From positions 1,105-65,104 of the forward strand of contig WRGR01000039.1 in assembly GCA_009787085.1 (NCBI GenBank): a DNA stretch of 64,000 bases. Direction: 5' to 3'. Numbering within the stretch: position 1 is the stretch's first letter; the number at the start of each line of letters is the position of its first letter. Source of the stretch: Actinomycetes bacterium (GTDB lineage Bacteria > Actinomycetota > Coriobacteriia > Coriobacteriales > UBA8131). The translations under genes and the position numbers were made by a program. Under the pieces are notes generated by a model that was not told the DNA's origin, did not search any database, and worked only from the letters and a program-made list of their open reading frames with translations. Of this stretch, positions 26,405 to 36,759 are shown piece by piece.

Positions 26405-28020
26405 GCGGCCTCCGGCCACAACAGCCGCCGCCCAGTCAGGAAGCCCCGGGTGCACGACCGCTGCCACACCTGATCAGCATCCTGCTTGGCTCCGAGGTCT
26501 GCATCCTCGGCCTTGGTGTTACTGGCTTGGCAGTCGCCCGCTACTTCCTGCGTCTGCCGTCGCCGCCGAACCTTTCCATTTATGTCGAAGACCTGACTCC
26601 GAAAAATGAACGAGCCATCATCGGCTTGGCCGACGAGTTCTTCAGCGACCAAAGCACGATGTTGACCAATGAGATGCGTCGCCACGAGACTCTGCTCCTG
26701 GTGGCAGGCAGCGGTGAGGATCTGCATTACCTGCATATTCATACTGCCGCTAAAGAGGTCAGGGAGGATTATCGGCTGGGGGTTATTAGCCCGGGCATCA
26801 AGCCGACCGCCAAGCTCTTTCAAAGCGCCCATGCCCATTGCGATGAGCTGATCGGTGAGCCGGAGCTGGCCTTCCGCGTTTCTCCACAACGTTGGCTGGC
26901 AGTGACTGGCACCAATGGCAAGACCACCACCACCTGGCTTTTGAGCCATCTTTTGAATGTGGCGGGCATTCCTGCCCGGGTAGCGGGCAACATTGGCCCA
27001 ACACTGATCGATGCCGTTCAGGAGCGTGCAGATGATGAGTATATCGTTGCTGAGCTTTCCTCCTTCCAGTTGGCAAACTCGCCATCCATTGCTCCTGAGG
27101 CGGCGATACTCCTGAATATCACCACCGACCATATCAGTTGGCATGGCAGCTTTGATGCCTACTACGAAGCCAAATTGCGGGTTTTTAGCTGCATGCGGCC
27201 AAATGACATAGTGGTGATCGACGCAGTGTCCCGAACTGGCCAAGGCGTCATTGCCCGGGCCGAAGCCGCCGGCCATCGGGTGGTTCGCCTAGGCAGGCCA
27301 CCAGCCGGGGGTGATGCGGTCGAAGCTGGGCTGGAAGCAGCTTGGGTAGACTCTGCTGGGCGCTTGGCACTGGCTTTGGACGGTCGCACGGAGTCGGTCA
27401 TTGCTGCCTCCAAACTGAGGATAAAAGGGGAGCACAACCAGATGAACGCACTGGCTGGGGCAGCGGTTGCCCTGCACGTTGGTGCCAGCGTGGCAGCGCT
27501 TGAGCGGGGGCTGGCTACTTTCGCCCCCATCGAGCACCGTATTGAGCCAGCGGGCAGGGTCGGCGGAGTCGAATTTTTCAACGACTCCAAGGCCACCAAT
27601 CCAGAGGCCACCCTGATGGCCCTTTCGGCCTTTGACGACAGGCCTTTGATCTTGCTGCTCGGCGGCGAGGACAAGCACACCCCTTTGGATGAGCTGGTGG
27701 ACAGAACCCTCCAGCGCTGTCGGCTGGTGCTCTGCTATGGCCAAGCAGCCCAACGCTTTTTCGATGCCTTCACTGTCGAGCTGCGCAAACAGGAGCGGGA
27801 AGAGGGTGTGGCCACCAGCCACTGCCAAGTTCTGCTCAGCAACACGATGCGCGAAGCATTCCAAGTTGCGGCCAGCCAGGCCCGTCCGGGCGATGTGGTG
27901 TTGCTCTCGCCGGCCTCGGCCTCCTTTGACGAGTTCAGTTGCTTTGAGGAGCGCGGTGCGACCTTCAAGCAGTATGTGGCCGAGATGGTCGGCTGGCACG
28001 CTCCACAGGCGGAGTTATGA
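26401..28020 (+). CDS. murD: UDP-MurNAc-L-Ala--D-Glu ligase
   Basis: LGLGVTG, VTGTNGKTTT, GNIG, ELSSFQL, EHRIE, NDSKATN, LLSPASASFDEF. Confidence 0.95.
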   Translation: MSGLRPQQPPPSQEAPGARPLPHLISILLGSEVCILGLGVTGLAVARYFLRLPSPPNLSIYVEDLTPKNERAIIGLADEFFSDQSTMLTNEMRRHETLLLVAGSGEDLHYLHIHTAAKEVREDYRLGVISPGIKPTAKLFQSAHAHCDELIGEPELAFRVSPQRWLAVTGTNGKTTTTWLLSHLLNVAGIPARVAGNIGPTLIDAVQERADDEYIVAELSSFQLANSPSIAPEAAILLNITTDHISWHGSFDAYYEAKLRVFSCMRPNDIVVIDAVSRTGQGVIARAEAAGHRVVRLGRPPAGGDAVEAGLEAAWVDSAGRLALALDGRTESVIAASKLRIKGEHNQMNALAGAAVALHVGASVAALERGLATFAPIEHRIEPAGRVGGVEFFNDSKATNPEATLMALSAFDDRPLILLLGGEDKHTPLDELVDRTLQRCRLVLCYGQAAQRFFDAFTVELRKQEREEGVATSHCQVLLSNTMREAFQVAASQARPGDVVLLSPASASFDEFSCFEERGATFKQYVAEMVGWHAPQAEL

Positions 28021-29126
28021 GAGTCGTAGTATCGGCCGGCGGCACGGCTGGGCACGTCAACCCAGCCTTGGCGGTTGCCCAAGAGCTGCGCGGCCTCGGC
28101 TGCTCTGTACTCTGGGTTGGTACGCCGAACAGCTTCGAGCAGTCACTGGTGGACCGGGAGGGTTTCGAGTTCGTCGGCTTTGCCGCACATGGCTTCAACC
28201 GCCGTCGTCCTTGGACACTCCTAAGCGCCGCCAGCCGCCAACTGGCTGCTCGTAGTGCCTGCCGTCGCTGGCTTCGGGATCGCGGCGTTCAGGCCGTGGC
28301 CTGTTTTGGCGGCTACGCCACGCTGGCGGTCGGCATGGCCGCCATAGCCTTGAAGCTGCCGCTGTTGGTGCACGAGCAAAACGCCCGCATCGGCCTAGCT
28401 AACCGGCTGCTGGCCAAAAACGCCGACGTGCTGGCTATAAGCTATGCTCAAGCCGCCGCTGACAGCAGGTGCCGGGGACGGGTGGAGTTGACTGGCAATC
28501 CACTGCGGGCATCCCTGTTCTCCCAAGACAAGGCCCAGTCCCGGGCGCACTTCGGCTTTGATCCGGAAGCATTGGTGCTCTTGGCCTTTGGTGGCAGCCT
28601 GGGTGCCAAGCACTTGAACCATGCCTTGCTGGGCCTAGCTGCCGACCTGCTCTCCAGTTTTCCTCAGCTGCAGGTCTTGCAGGTTACCGGTCAACTTGAC
28701 CACCGGGCGGTGCAGGATGCGGCCTTGGGGCTTGGCCTGGATGAGCGACGCTGGCGGCTTTTACCCTATTGCGACACGATGGGCGCGGCTTATGCCGCTG
28801 CTGACTTGGTTTTGTGCCGGGCTGGCGCTTCCACTTTAGCCGAGCTTGGGGCTTTGGCAAAACCGTCACTGTTGGTGCCTTACCCGTATGCTGCCGCCGA
28901 TGAACAGAGCGCCAATGCTGCCCGGATGGCTGCGGCTGGTGCCGCGCTGGTGGTGGCCGATGCCGAGTTGGACAGCCCCAGTTTTGCAGAGAAGCTCGAT
29001 GCCCTGCTCGCTGATGGCGCCTTACGGCAGCGGATGGCGGCAGCGGCCAGAGATTGTGCGATTCACCATGCCCGCGAACGGGTTGCAGGGATTATAATGG
29101 AACTCGCAAAAGATAGGGCCACGTAA
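28017..29126 (+). CDS. murG: Lipid II GlcNAc transferase
   Basis: GGTAGHVNP, GGY, HEQN, TGNP, GGSLGA, RAGASTLAE, VPYP. Confidence 0.96.
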   Translation: MRVVVSAGGTAGHVNPALAVAQELRGLGCSVLWVGTPNSFEQSLVDREGFEFVGFAAHGFNRRRPWTLLSAASRQLAARSACRRWLRDRGVQAVACFGGYATLAVGMAAIALKLPLLVHEQNARIGLANRLLAKNADVLAISYAQAAADSRCRGRVELTGNPLRASLFSQDKAQSRAHFGFDPEALVLLAFGGSLGAKHLNHALLGLAADLLSSFPQLQVLQVTGQLDHRAVQDAALGLGLDERRWRLLPYCDTMGAAYAAADLVLCRAGASTLAELGALAKPSLLVPYPYAAADEQSANAARMAAAGAALVVADAELDSPSFAEKLDALLADGALRQRMAAAARDCAIHHARERVAGIIMELAKDRAT

Positions 29127-29168
29127 ACAAGGCATGTACACAAAACACTGACCCTGAGGAGCGATTCT

Positions 29169-31691
29169 GTGTCTGATTTCAAACATGTGCACTTTATCGG
29201 CGCGGGCGGATCCGGCATGAGCGGCTTGGTGCTGCTTGCCCATGCCCAAGGGCTGAAGGTTTCGGGTTCTGATCAGAAGCCGACGAAATACTTGGAGGCC
29301 GTGCTGGCAGCTGGTATTCCCGTGAGCTTTGAGCAGCAAGCTGCCAATGTTGCCGACAGCAGCATAGACTTGGTTGTGGTTTCCACCGCTGTGCCCGATG
29401 ACAACCCGGAGCTGGCGGCCGCCCGGCAACGTGGCTTGACCATCTGGAAGCGGGCGCAGATGCTGGATTGGCTGGGACGCGGCAAACGCTGCTTGGCTGT
29501 AGCCGGCACCCATGGCAAGACCACCACCTCCTCGATGCTGGCCTCGACTTTGGACGGCCTGTTCCTTGACCCGAGCTTTCTAATCGGTGGTGTGTTGGCG
29601 GGCTTCGGTGCCACCGCCCGCAGTGGCCGAGGTGAGGACTACGTAATCGAGGCCGACGAATCCGACGAGTCCTTCGTCTACCTGCATCCTAAGCTGGCGA
29701 TCATCACTAACATCGAGTGGGATCACATTGACCACTATGCGTCGTTGCAAGAGGTAGAGGCGGCCTTCAGCCGTTTTATCCAGACCATTGACCCTGACGG
29801 CTGCCTGGTCTGTTGTGCCGATGACCCGGTCTTATTGGCGGTAGCCAGGTCATCCGGACGGAGTTTTGTGACCTATGGCGAAATGGCAGGTGCTGACTAC
29901 CGCTGTCTGCCCGAAGCGGCCTCCTGCTTCACTGTCTGCTATCCGGACGGGCAGAGGCTCAGCGTCAGGATCGACACCTCGCCCGGCATACATAACATGC
30001 TCAATGCCAGCGCTGTACTGGCGGCCTTGGACCTGTTGGGTCTAGATCGCAGCGCCACTGCCGCCGCCTTATCTGGGTTTGCTGGTGCCAAACGGCGTTT
30101 TGAGCTTGTCGGCGAGGTGCGGCAAGTACAGGTAGTCGATGACTATGGGCACCATCCAACAGAGTTCAAGGCCACGTTGGCCGCCGCGCAGAGCTTGGGT
30201 TATCGGCGTGTCCACCTGCTTTTTCAGCCACATCGCTTCACCCGTCTGCAGGGTCTATTCAATGACTTCGTCGAATCCTTCGACCTTGCCGATAGCATCA
30301 GCCTACTTGAGGTCTATCCGGCTGGGGAGCAACCCATCGAGGGCATTGACTCGCATGCTTTGGCCAGTGCTCTTCAAGAACGGCATCCGAAGAAGTTGGT
30401 AGAGGTTTTCCCCGACCCCAGTCAAGCCGTTCGGGCGCTAGCTGAGCTGGCCGGCCCCGACGACCTGGTCTTGACTATGGGGGCAGGGGACATCACCCAG
30501 TTGGCACCAAAGATTGTCGAGGCTTTGGCCAGCCAGGACGGCAGCGACAGCGCTGGCCTGGGTCATCTGGCTGAGGTCGAAAACGATGTCTCCGCGCATG
30601 ATACGAGCGGCCATTTAGCAGTGCGTCAGGAAAATCCCGAGGCGAGCCCGCCTATTGCCAAGGGCGGCGACCTGTCGGCTTCGATATTCGAAGCCTATTG
30701 TGAGCTGGAAGGCAACATCCAAGGGAGCTTGATGCTCAATGAGCCGATGAACCGGCACACCAGCTTTCACATCGGCGGCCCAGTGGCCTTGCTTGTGGAG
30801 TGTGCCTCGATTGGCGATATGAATGAAAGCCTAAGTGTTATCCATAAATACCAACTGCCTTGGACGGTCATCGGCAAGGGCAGCAATCTTTTGGTCGCCG
30901 ATGCGGGTTTCATGGGGGCGGTGCTCATCTTAGGGCGGGAGTTCAAGACATTCCATCTGCCCCATGACCATCCGGGTGAGACCTTGTCGGCCATGGCCAG
31001 CAGCCATGGCCAGCGGCGGCCACCCGCCCCGGATGTTCGTAGCGGCGGCGGTGCCGATGGGTCAAGTGACGGTAAGCTGGTGTGTGGTGCCGGAGTGTTG
31101 CTTGGCAATCTGGTACAAGCGGCCTTCAAATGTGGCTATTCCGGCCTAGAGTTTGCTGTTGGCATTCCTGGCACCCTCGGAGGCGCGGTGTTTATGAATG
31201 CCGGCAGTGCCAACGAATGGATCAGTTCGACGCTCAACGCGGTCACGGTGCTCAGGCCGGGCTGCGGCCTTGTTCGCTACCATGCCTGTGAGCTGCCTTG
31301 GAGTTACCGCTTTAGCGGCCTGCCGCCAGGAGAGGTGGTGGTAGAGGCCGAGCTGTTGGTGCGCAAGGGCAACCTTGAGCATATCCGGGGCAAAATGGAG
31401 GCATTGTTGAGAAAACGCCAGAAGTCCCAGCCCCTTAGCCTCCCCAGTGCCGGCAGCGTATTCAGAAACCCTCCGGACGCTTCGGCCGGTCAGCTTATTG
31501 ACTCTTTAGGAATGAAAGGCTTCGCCATTGGCGATGCCAGCATCTCTGAGATGCATGCCAACTTTATTGTCAACCGTGGTCAGGCCAAGGCTGTTGACGT
31601 GCTGGCGTTGATCCAAGAAGTGCGAAGGCGGGTGAAGGAGAGCTATGGTAAGGAACTCAGCACCGAAATCCGGTTCATCGGCTTCTCCTGA
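29169..31691 (+). CDS. murC: MurC-MurB fusion (L-Ala ligase plus enolpyruvyl reductase)
   Basis: MurC: HFIGAGGSGMS, GTHGKTTT, EADESD, DDYGHHPTE, FQPHRFTR, MGAGDI. MurB: HTSFHIGG, GKGSNLL, GIPGTLGGAVFMNAG, SAGSVFRNP, HANFIVN. One 840-aa frame. Confidence 0.9.
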   Translation: MSDFKHVHFIGAGGSGMSGLVLLAHAQGLKVSGSDQKPTKYLEAVLAAGIPVSFEQQAANVADSSIDLVVVSTAVPDDNPELAAARQRGLTIWKRAQMLDWLGRGKRCLAVAGTHGKTTTSSMLASTLDGLFLDPSFLIGGVLAGFGATARSGRGEDYVIEADESDESFVYLHPKLAIITNIEWDHIDHYASLQEVEAAFSRFIQTIDPDGCLVCCADDPVLLAVARSSGRSFVTYGEMAGADYRCLPEAASCFTVCYPDGQRLSVRIDTSPGIHNMLNASAVLAALDLLGLDRSATAAALSGFAGAKRRFELVGEVRQVQVVDDYGHHPTEFKATLAAAQSLGYRRVHLLFQPHRFTRLQGLFNDFVESFDLADSISLLEVYPAGEQPIEGIDSHALASALQERHPKKLVEVFPDPSQAVRALAELAGPDDLVLTMGAGDITQLAPKIVEALASQDGSDSAGLGHLAEVENDVSAHDTSGHLAVRQENPEASPPIAKGGDLSASIFEAYCELEGNIQGSLMLNEPMNRHTSFHIGGPVALLVECASIGDMNESLSVIHKYQLPWTVIGKGSNLLVADAGFMGAVLILGREFKTFHLPHDHPGETLSAMASSHGQRRPPAPDVRSGGGADGSSDGKLVCGAGVLLGNLVQAAFKCGYSGLEFAVGIPGTLGGAVFMNAGSANEWISSTLNAVTVLRPGCGLVRYHACELPWSYRFSGLPPGEVVVEAELLVRKGNLEHIRGKMEALLRKRQKSQPLSLPSAGSVFRNPPDASAGQLIDSLGMKGFAIGDASISEMHANFIVNRGQAKAVDVLALIQEVRRRVKESYGKELSTEIRFIGFS

Positions 31692-33249
31692 TAAACGCCG
31701 ACGGGCGAGTGGCACAGGCCAGGCCAGTGGCCCGACCGCTGCTGGCTCTGGCCGTCGCCAGAGCCAGCAGCGCGGATCCGCTTCGCCCAGTGGCAGCCGC
31801 CGCCAAGGTTTGGCAGGCGATGCCGGGTGGGTTTCAGGAGCCAATGCCAACAATGTTTTGCCCCGGCAGCGACACCCGAAGAGCGCTGTATCTAGGCTAC
31901 GGTCGGATTCGCCCCCAGCACCGTCATCGGTTTCTGGGCAGCCTTTCTCACAGGGGCGCGGCCATCATCCGGCACCGTTGTCCGGGCAGCGGCCAGCACA
32001 GCGCCAGCCAGCACAGCGGCGTCCAGCACAGCGCCAGCCAGCACAGCGCCAGCCAGCACAGCGGCGTCCAGTGCAGCGGCATCCGGAGTCATTCACCGCA
32101 AGCGTATCGGAGGACTGCCAACGTCGTCAGCGTCCCGAGTATCGGGAGAACAGCAGCCACCATCTTTACTCTGACCAGTTTGAGCACCGCCTGAGAACCC
32201 CCCGAGCTCGGGCGCAGGCTTCGACGCGTGTCTTGACATCCCTTGGCAAACAGGGCAAACAGCAGAATAGTGGTGGCAGTCGATCACCGAGTCGCCGTGG
32301 CGACGAGGTCACAGGGCGGAGCACCCGCCAACGCCAAGAGCGACAAGAGCGCGCTGCCCGCCGCGACACTGCCGGTCGCGAAACGGTAGGCGGTGGTCGT
32401 CTCCACGTCCATTTGGCGGTGAAGATAGCCGCAGTGCTGGCGGTGCTGGCCATCGCCGTCTTCGTGGTTTATATGGCTCCCAGCTTTACCATTACCAACG
32501 TTCAGGTGGAGGGCGCGAATTATTTACAGGCGAGCTACATCAAAGACAAGGTGGCTGGTTCCATAAAAGACAATACCTTGCTGCGCATCGACACAAGCGA
32601 AGTGGCCGCCCGGGTGCTGACAGAGCCTTGGGTGGCTTCGGTTCAGGTCAAACGGCATTTCCCTTCTACCTTGGTGCTGCAGGTCAGCGAACGTCAGCCG
32701 ATAGCGGCGGTGGCGCTTTCCGGTGCTGAGACGAAAAGCAACAAGGTCGTATGGGCGCTTTCCAACGACGGGGTATGGCTGGGCGAGGTGAAAGCCATCG
32801 GCCAACATGTACAAGGTTTGGATCCGGCAAAGCTGATCCAGATCGTGGATGTATCGCCAGTTTTGCAGCCCAGTATCGGTGGCTCAGTGGCAGAGGGCAG
32901 CAGCATCTATGCCATGATGACCAAGACGGCCTCGATGCTGGACTCCAAATTGGGAACAACGGTCGATGCTGGTGTGGCTAACGCCTTGAGGATAATCGAC
33001 GGTTTCAGTGTAGATATGCGCACTCAGGTGACATCGATTTCGGCACCAGATACAGTGCGCACCATGCTCTACCTGAACAACAAGACCATGGTAGCCATAG
33101 GCTCTGCCGATGACGTCACGGCCAAGGAAGCGGCGATCAAAACGATCATCAGAGATCATGGGGCAGATATCAGCTATATCAATGTTCGAGTGCCTGACCG
33201 GGCATCATACCGGCTAACCGATAGTTCACCGGAGGTTTTAGCGGGCTGA
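31645..33249 (+). CDS. ftsQ: Cell division protein FtsQ/DivIB with a long disordered N-terminus
   Basis: Single TM, POTRA-like FTITNVQVEG...PWVASVQVKRHFPSTLVLQVSER, C-terminal YINVRVP. Start position uncertain. Confidence 0.85.
   Translation: MVRNSAPKSGSSASPDKRRRASGTGQASGPTAAGSGRRQSQQRGSASPSGSRRQGLAGDAGWVSGANANNVLPRQRHPKSAVSRLRSDSPPAPSSVSGQPFSQGRGHHPAPLSGQRPAQRQPAQRRPAQRQPAQRQPAQRRPVQRHPESFTASVSEDCQRRQRPEYRENSSHHLYSDQFEHRLRTPRARAQASTRVLTSLGKQGKQQNSGGSRSPSRRGDEVTGRSTRQRQERQERAARRDTAGRETVGGGRLHVHLAVKIAAVLAVLAIAVFVVYMAPSFTITNVQVEGANYLQASYIKDKVAGSIKDNTLLRIDTSEVAARVLTEPWVASVQVKRHFPSTLVLQVSERQPIAAVALSGAETKSNKVVWALSNDGVWLGEVKAIGQHVQGLDPAKLIQIVDVSPVLQPSIGGSVAEGSSIYAMMTKTASMLDSKLGTTVDAGVANALRIIDGFSVDMRTQVTSISAPDTVRTMLYLNNKTMVAIGSADDVTAKEAAIKTIIRDHGADISYINVRVPDRASYRLTDSSPEVLAG
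31993..32082 (+). repeat. 15-bp in-frame tandem repeat x6 (PAQRQ/PAQRR) in ftsQ
   Basis: CCAGCACAGCGCCAG / CCAGCACAGCGGCGT units. Confidence 0.9.
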
Positions 33250-33308
33250 GTGGGCGTTGCGTGGTACCATATGGTGGTTCGCAATTGCCGATATCGAAGG
33301 AGACCAGC

Positions 33309-35336
33309 ATGTCACGGGGAACCCTAACTTACAAGATACTCCAGCAGCACCTAGTTGCCGGCCAGTTGTTGCCGGGCGAGAGAGCCACGGTGCGTATCGA
33401 CCAAACATTGACTCAGGACAGCACGGGTACGATGGTTTACCTGCAGCTGGAGGCAATGGATGTCGGTGCGGTGCAGACCGAGCTCTCCGTGGCCTACATC
33501 GACCACAACACCTTGCAGAGCGGTTTTGAGAACGCCGACGACCATGCTTTTATCCAAAGCGTTGCCGCCCGCCACAACGTGGTGTTCTCCAAGCCGGGCG
33601 GCGGCATCTGCCACCAGCTGCATTTGGAGAATTATGGCTGCCCCGGCAAAACCCTGCTGGGCAGCGACTCGCATACTCCGACTGGTGGCGGCTTGGGGAT
33701 GATCGCCATCGGCGCTGGCGGCCTAGACGTGGCCATTGCCATGGCCGAAGGTAACTACACGCTGACTGTGCCGCAGGTCGTTGGCATCGAGTTGCGGGGG
33801 GTACTGCGGTCATGGGTGTCAGCCAAAGACGTGATTTTGGAAGTGCTGCGGCAGCTCTCAGTGAAGGGTGGTGTTGGCCGGATCGTCGAGTACTATGGCG
33901 ACGGCCTGCTCGGCCTTTCGGTCACCGACCGTGCCACTATCGCCAACATGGGTGCCGAGCTGGGTGCCACCACCTCCGTGTTCCCTTCCGATGAGAACAC
34001 CCGCCGCTTCTTGGAACAACAAGGACGGGGAGGGGATTGGCGGCCGTTGGCCGCCGACCCTGATGCTCTTTACGACCAGTCATTGAGCATTGACTTGGCG
34101 GCACTTGCGCCGGCGGCAGCTTGTCCGCATAGTCCGGACAACATCCGCAGTGTCAGCGACATCGGCGAGATCAAAGTCGACCAAGTAGCCATTGGCAGTT
34201 GCACCAATGCCTCTTATAGCGACCTGATGAAAGTGGCGGCGATACTTGCCGGCCGCCGCGTGCATCCCCAGGTCAGCCTAGTGATCGCGCCGGGGTCGGC
34301 ATCTATATTGGCCGTGCTGGCTGCCAACGGCGCCTTGGCCGGGATGATCAAGGCCGGCGCCCGGATCATCGAGTGCGCCTGCGGCCCTTGCATCGGCATG
34401 GGGCAAAGCCCGCGTAGCGGTGCCGTGTCGCTGCGCACCTTCAACCGCAACTTCAAAGGCCGTAGCGGCACCAACGATGCCGATGTCTACCTAGTTAGTC
34501 CGGAGACGGCGGCGATCAGCGCAATCACCGGCGTGCTGACCGATGGCTTGGCCTCTCACCACCGGCTGGGCATCGAGCTGCCGAACATTGCCGAGCCGTC
34601 GGCCGGCAGTTTTCAGGGGGCAGGTGCCTTTACGGTGGCTCCGCCCGCCCTTGCTGCCGCTGGCATTGATGCCGCCGCAGCACCCGGCCAGGCGGCGGGG
34701 CTTCCCGAGGTGGTGATGGGACCAAACATCAAGCCCTTCCCCCGAGGCGTGGCCGTACCGCCCGGCAGTGCCATCAGCGGTAGCGTGGTGCTGGTCTGCG
34801 GCGACAACATCACTACCGACGACATCATGCCCTCTGACAGCCGGCTGCTGCCCTTCCGCTCCAACATACCGCATTTGGCGGAGTACTGCTTTGAGAAGAT
34901 CGACCCGGGATTCCCAGCCCGGGCCGCCGCTGCCCGCGACGGCGAGGTTGCCGGCGGTGTGATCGTCGGCGGTGACAACTACGGCCAGGGGTCAAGCCGG
35001 GAGCATGCCGCCCTGGTGCCGCTTTATCTGGGCATTCGGATGGTGTTGGCCAAGAGCTTTGCCCGTATCCATCGGGCGAATCTAATTAACAGTGGTATTC
35101 TGCCCCTAGTGTTTGCCGAGCCCCGCGATGCCGAGGCTGTCCGCGAAGGTGACATCTTGATGCTGGATGACGCTGCGGCGCAGTTGGGCGGCGGCGATGA
35201 GGCCGACCTACGCCTCCACAACCAGACCCAAGGGACGGAATACCGGCTTTGCGGCCAGCTCTCTTTTGAGGAGCGCCAGATGATCTTGGCTGGCGGCCGC
35301 ATCAACATGATCCAGCAGGCGGCGAAGAGCCGATAG
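33309..35336 (+). CDS. Aconitate hydratase (short, putative type)
   Basis: RBS GAAGGAG; TQDSTG, DHN, GICHQ, GSDSHT, IGSCTN, CGPCIGMG, NRNFKGR, NYGQGSSREHAA, SFARIH. Confidence 0.92.
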   Translation: MSRGTLTYKILQQHLVAGQLLPGERATVRIDQTLTQDSTGTMVYLQLEAMDVGAVQTELSVAYIDHNTLQSGFENADDHAFIQSVAARHNVVFSKPGGGICHQLHLENYGCPGKTLLGSDSHTPTGGGLGMIAIGAGGLDVAIAMAEGNYTLTVPQVVGIELRGVLRSWVSAKDVILEVLRQLSVKGGVGRIVEYYGDGLLGLSVTDRATIANMGAELGATTSVFPSDENTRRFLEQQGRGGDWRPLAADPDALYDQSLSIDLAALAPAAACPHSPDNIRSVSDIGEIKVDQVAIGSCTNASYSDLMKVAAILAGRRVHPQVSLVIAPGSASILAVLAANGALAGMIKAGARIIECACGPCIGMGQSPRSGAVSLRTFNRNFKGRSGTNDADVYLVSPETAAISAITGVLTDGLASHHRLGIELPNIAEPSAGSFQGAGAFTVAPPALAAAGIDAAAAPGQAAGLPEVVMGPNIKPFPRGVAVPPGSAISGSVVLVCGDNITTDDIMPSDSRLLPFRSNIPHLAEYCFEKIDPGFPARAAAARDGEVAGGVIVGGDNYGQGSSREHAALVPLYLGIRMVLAKSFARIHRANLINSGILPLVFAEPRDAEAVREGDILMLDDAAAQLGGGDEADLRLHNQTQGTEYRLCGQLSFEERQMILAGGRINMIQQAAKSR

Positions 35337-35361
35337 CGCCGTTGTCTTTGGGGATAAGGTT

Positions 35362-35901
35362 TTGGTAGTTGCCTTGCGTATCGGCATCATCAGCGACACG
35401 CACGGAAGCCTACCGGCGAGCGTGCACCAAGCGTTCGACGGCTGTGGGCATATCTTACATGCCGGCGATATCGGCTCCCAGGCCGTCCTTGATGAGTTGG
35501 AGGCGATTGCGCCGCTCACCGCAGTGCTCGGCAACTGTGACCGGTCGGGCTATCGTACGTTGGCCGGAAGCGTTAAGGGCATGGAGCGCTTCGATCTGGA
35601 CGGGCTGCGCTTCTTGATGATGCACCGCCCCGAGGACCTTGCTGCCCACTATCGCGGCCTGCTTATGGCGCGGCAGATGCCAAGGGCGAAGGCGCCAGTG
35701 CCGCTGCCGCAGGTCTGTGTCCATGGCCATACGCACGTCCGCGCCAGCAGGACCGAGAACTCCTGCCTAATAATCTGCCCCGGCTCAGCGACCCGTCCCC
35801 GAGACAGGCTGGCCGCCGCAGTGGCAATACTAACGGTCGAGAATGCCAAAGTAAGTGACCTGCAGTTTGTGGAATTGGGGAAGTTTTGCCAGATTGTTTA
35901 G
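35362..35901 (+). CDS. YfcE-family metallophosphoesterase
   Basis: ISDTHG, HAGD, GNCD, HGHTH, PGS. Confidence 0.88.
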   Translation: MVVALRIGIISDTHGSLPASVHQAFDGCGHILHAGDIGSQAVLDELEAIAPLTAVLGNCDRSGYRTLAGSVKGMERFDLDGLRFLMMHRPEDLAAHYRGLLMARQMPRAKAPVPLPQVCVHGHTHVRASRTENSCLIICPGSATRPRDRLAAAVAILTVENAKVSDLQFVELGKFCQIV

Positions 35902-36384
35902 TGCTGCGGACTCGGCATCCGGCCCACCTGCTGCGGTGGCAGTGAGCCTGAGCCTGTCTTTGACGAGCAGCTTCCCCATGGAGCCGCCGAATCCTTCTAA
36001 CCTGATCCCGGCAGTGCCGAAGTTTGCGTTTCTCTGCTGGCGCCCATCGCGCATGGCTTGAGGAATATCCTCGATACGGGTACTGTCAAGCGGCCTTTTA
36101 GCTGACTGCTTGCTGTCGGCTTGGCAGTCGACTAAGACATTGGGCCATCATCACAATCCAACTTGTGGCCGAACATCACACTCCCAGACGGATCAGGACG
36201 ATAGGCCGGACTCAGCAGCGTCGCTGTTCGTAGGCAAAGCACGCCGCTTTTGGAACCCACTGCCGGATCAACGGTCAGGGTTACGGTTGAGTGCTCGCGG
36301 CTGATTCCTTGGGCAAGCGGAAGGGTCTGGCTGAATATGCCGGTAAGCAGAAACAAAAGATTGTGAGTCGGACTGGTGTGGGAC

Positions 36385-36629
36385 AGGGTTTGTGCCTGGC
36401 TCGAGATGTACCGGTAGAGGTCTTGGTAAGAGCCGATGAAACCGTTCGCAGGATCCTCGAAGTTGACCGACACTATCTGCCCTGCTGCAACGCCGGCGCT
36501 CGGCAACCGTTGTTTGAGCAGATCGAGCAGGGTGGACTTCCCGGATCGGCGTAGGCCGGTGAGGACCTTTATCAAGTTTTTGTCTTTGTAGAAAAGCAAG
36601 GTGTCGATACATGAGGGACGAGGCATCAT
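36385..36629 (-). pseudogene. Truncated AAA_14/DUF4143-type ATP-binding protein
   Basis: RBS AAGGAGG and ATG 36629; LIKVLTGLRRSGKSTLL...IVSVNFED. Similarity is lost before Walker B; the end coordinate is approximate. Confidence 0.75.
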
Positions 36630-36706
36630 CTCAGCCCCCTCCTTCTTTGGGCTGGGCAGTGCGGTATGGCCGACAAGGCCAGTTGTAGCTCTTGTGTTTG
36701 ATTTTG

Positions 36707-36759
36707 TAAAACATACTTTAAAAACTTCAAGAATTCTAATGTTTTTAAAGTATGTTTTA
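36707..36759. repeat. Perfect 19-bp inverted repeat with a 15-bp spacer
   Basis: TAAAACATACTTTAAAAAC ... GTTTTTAAAGTATGTTTTA. Confidence 0.92.
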
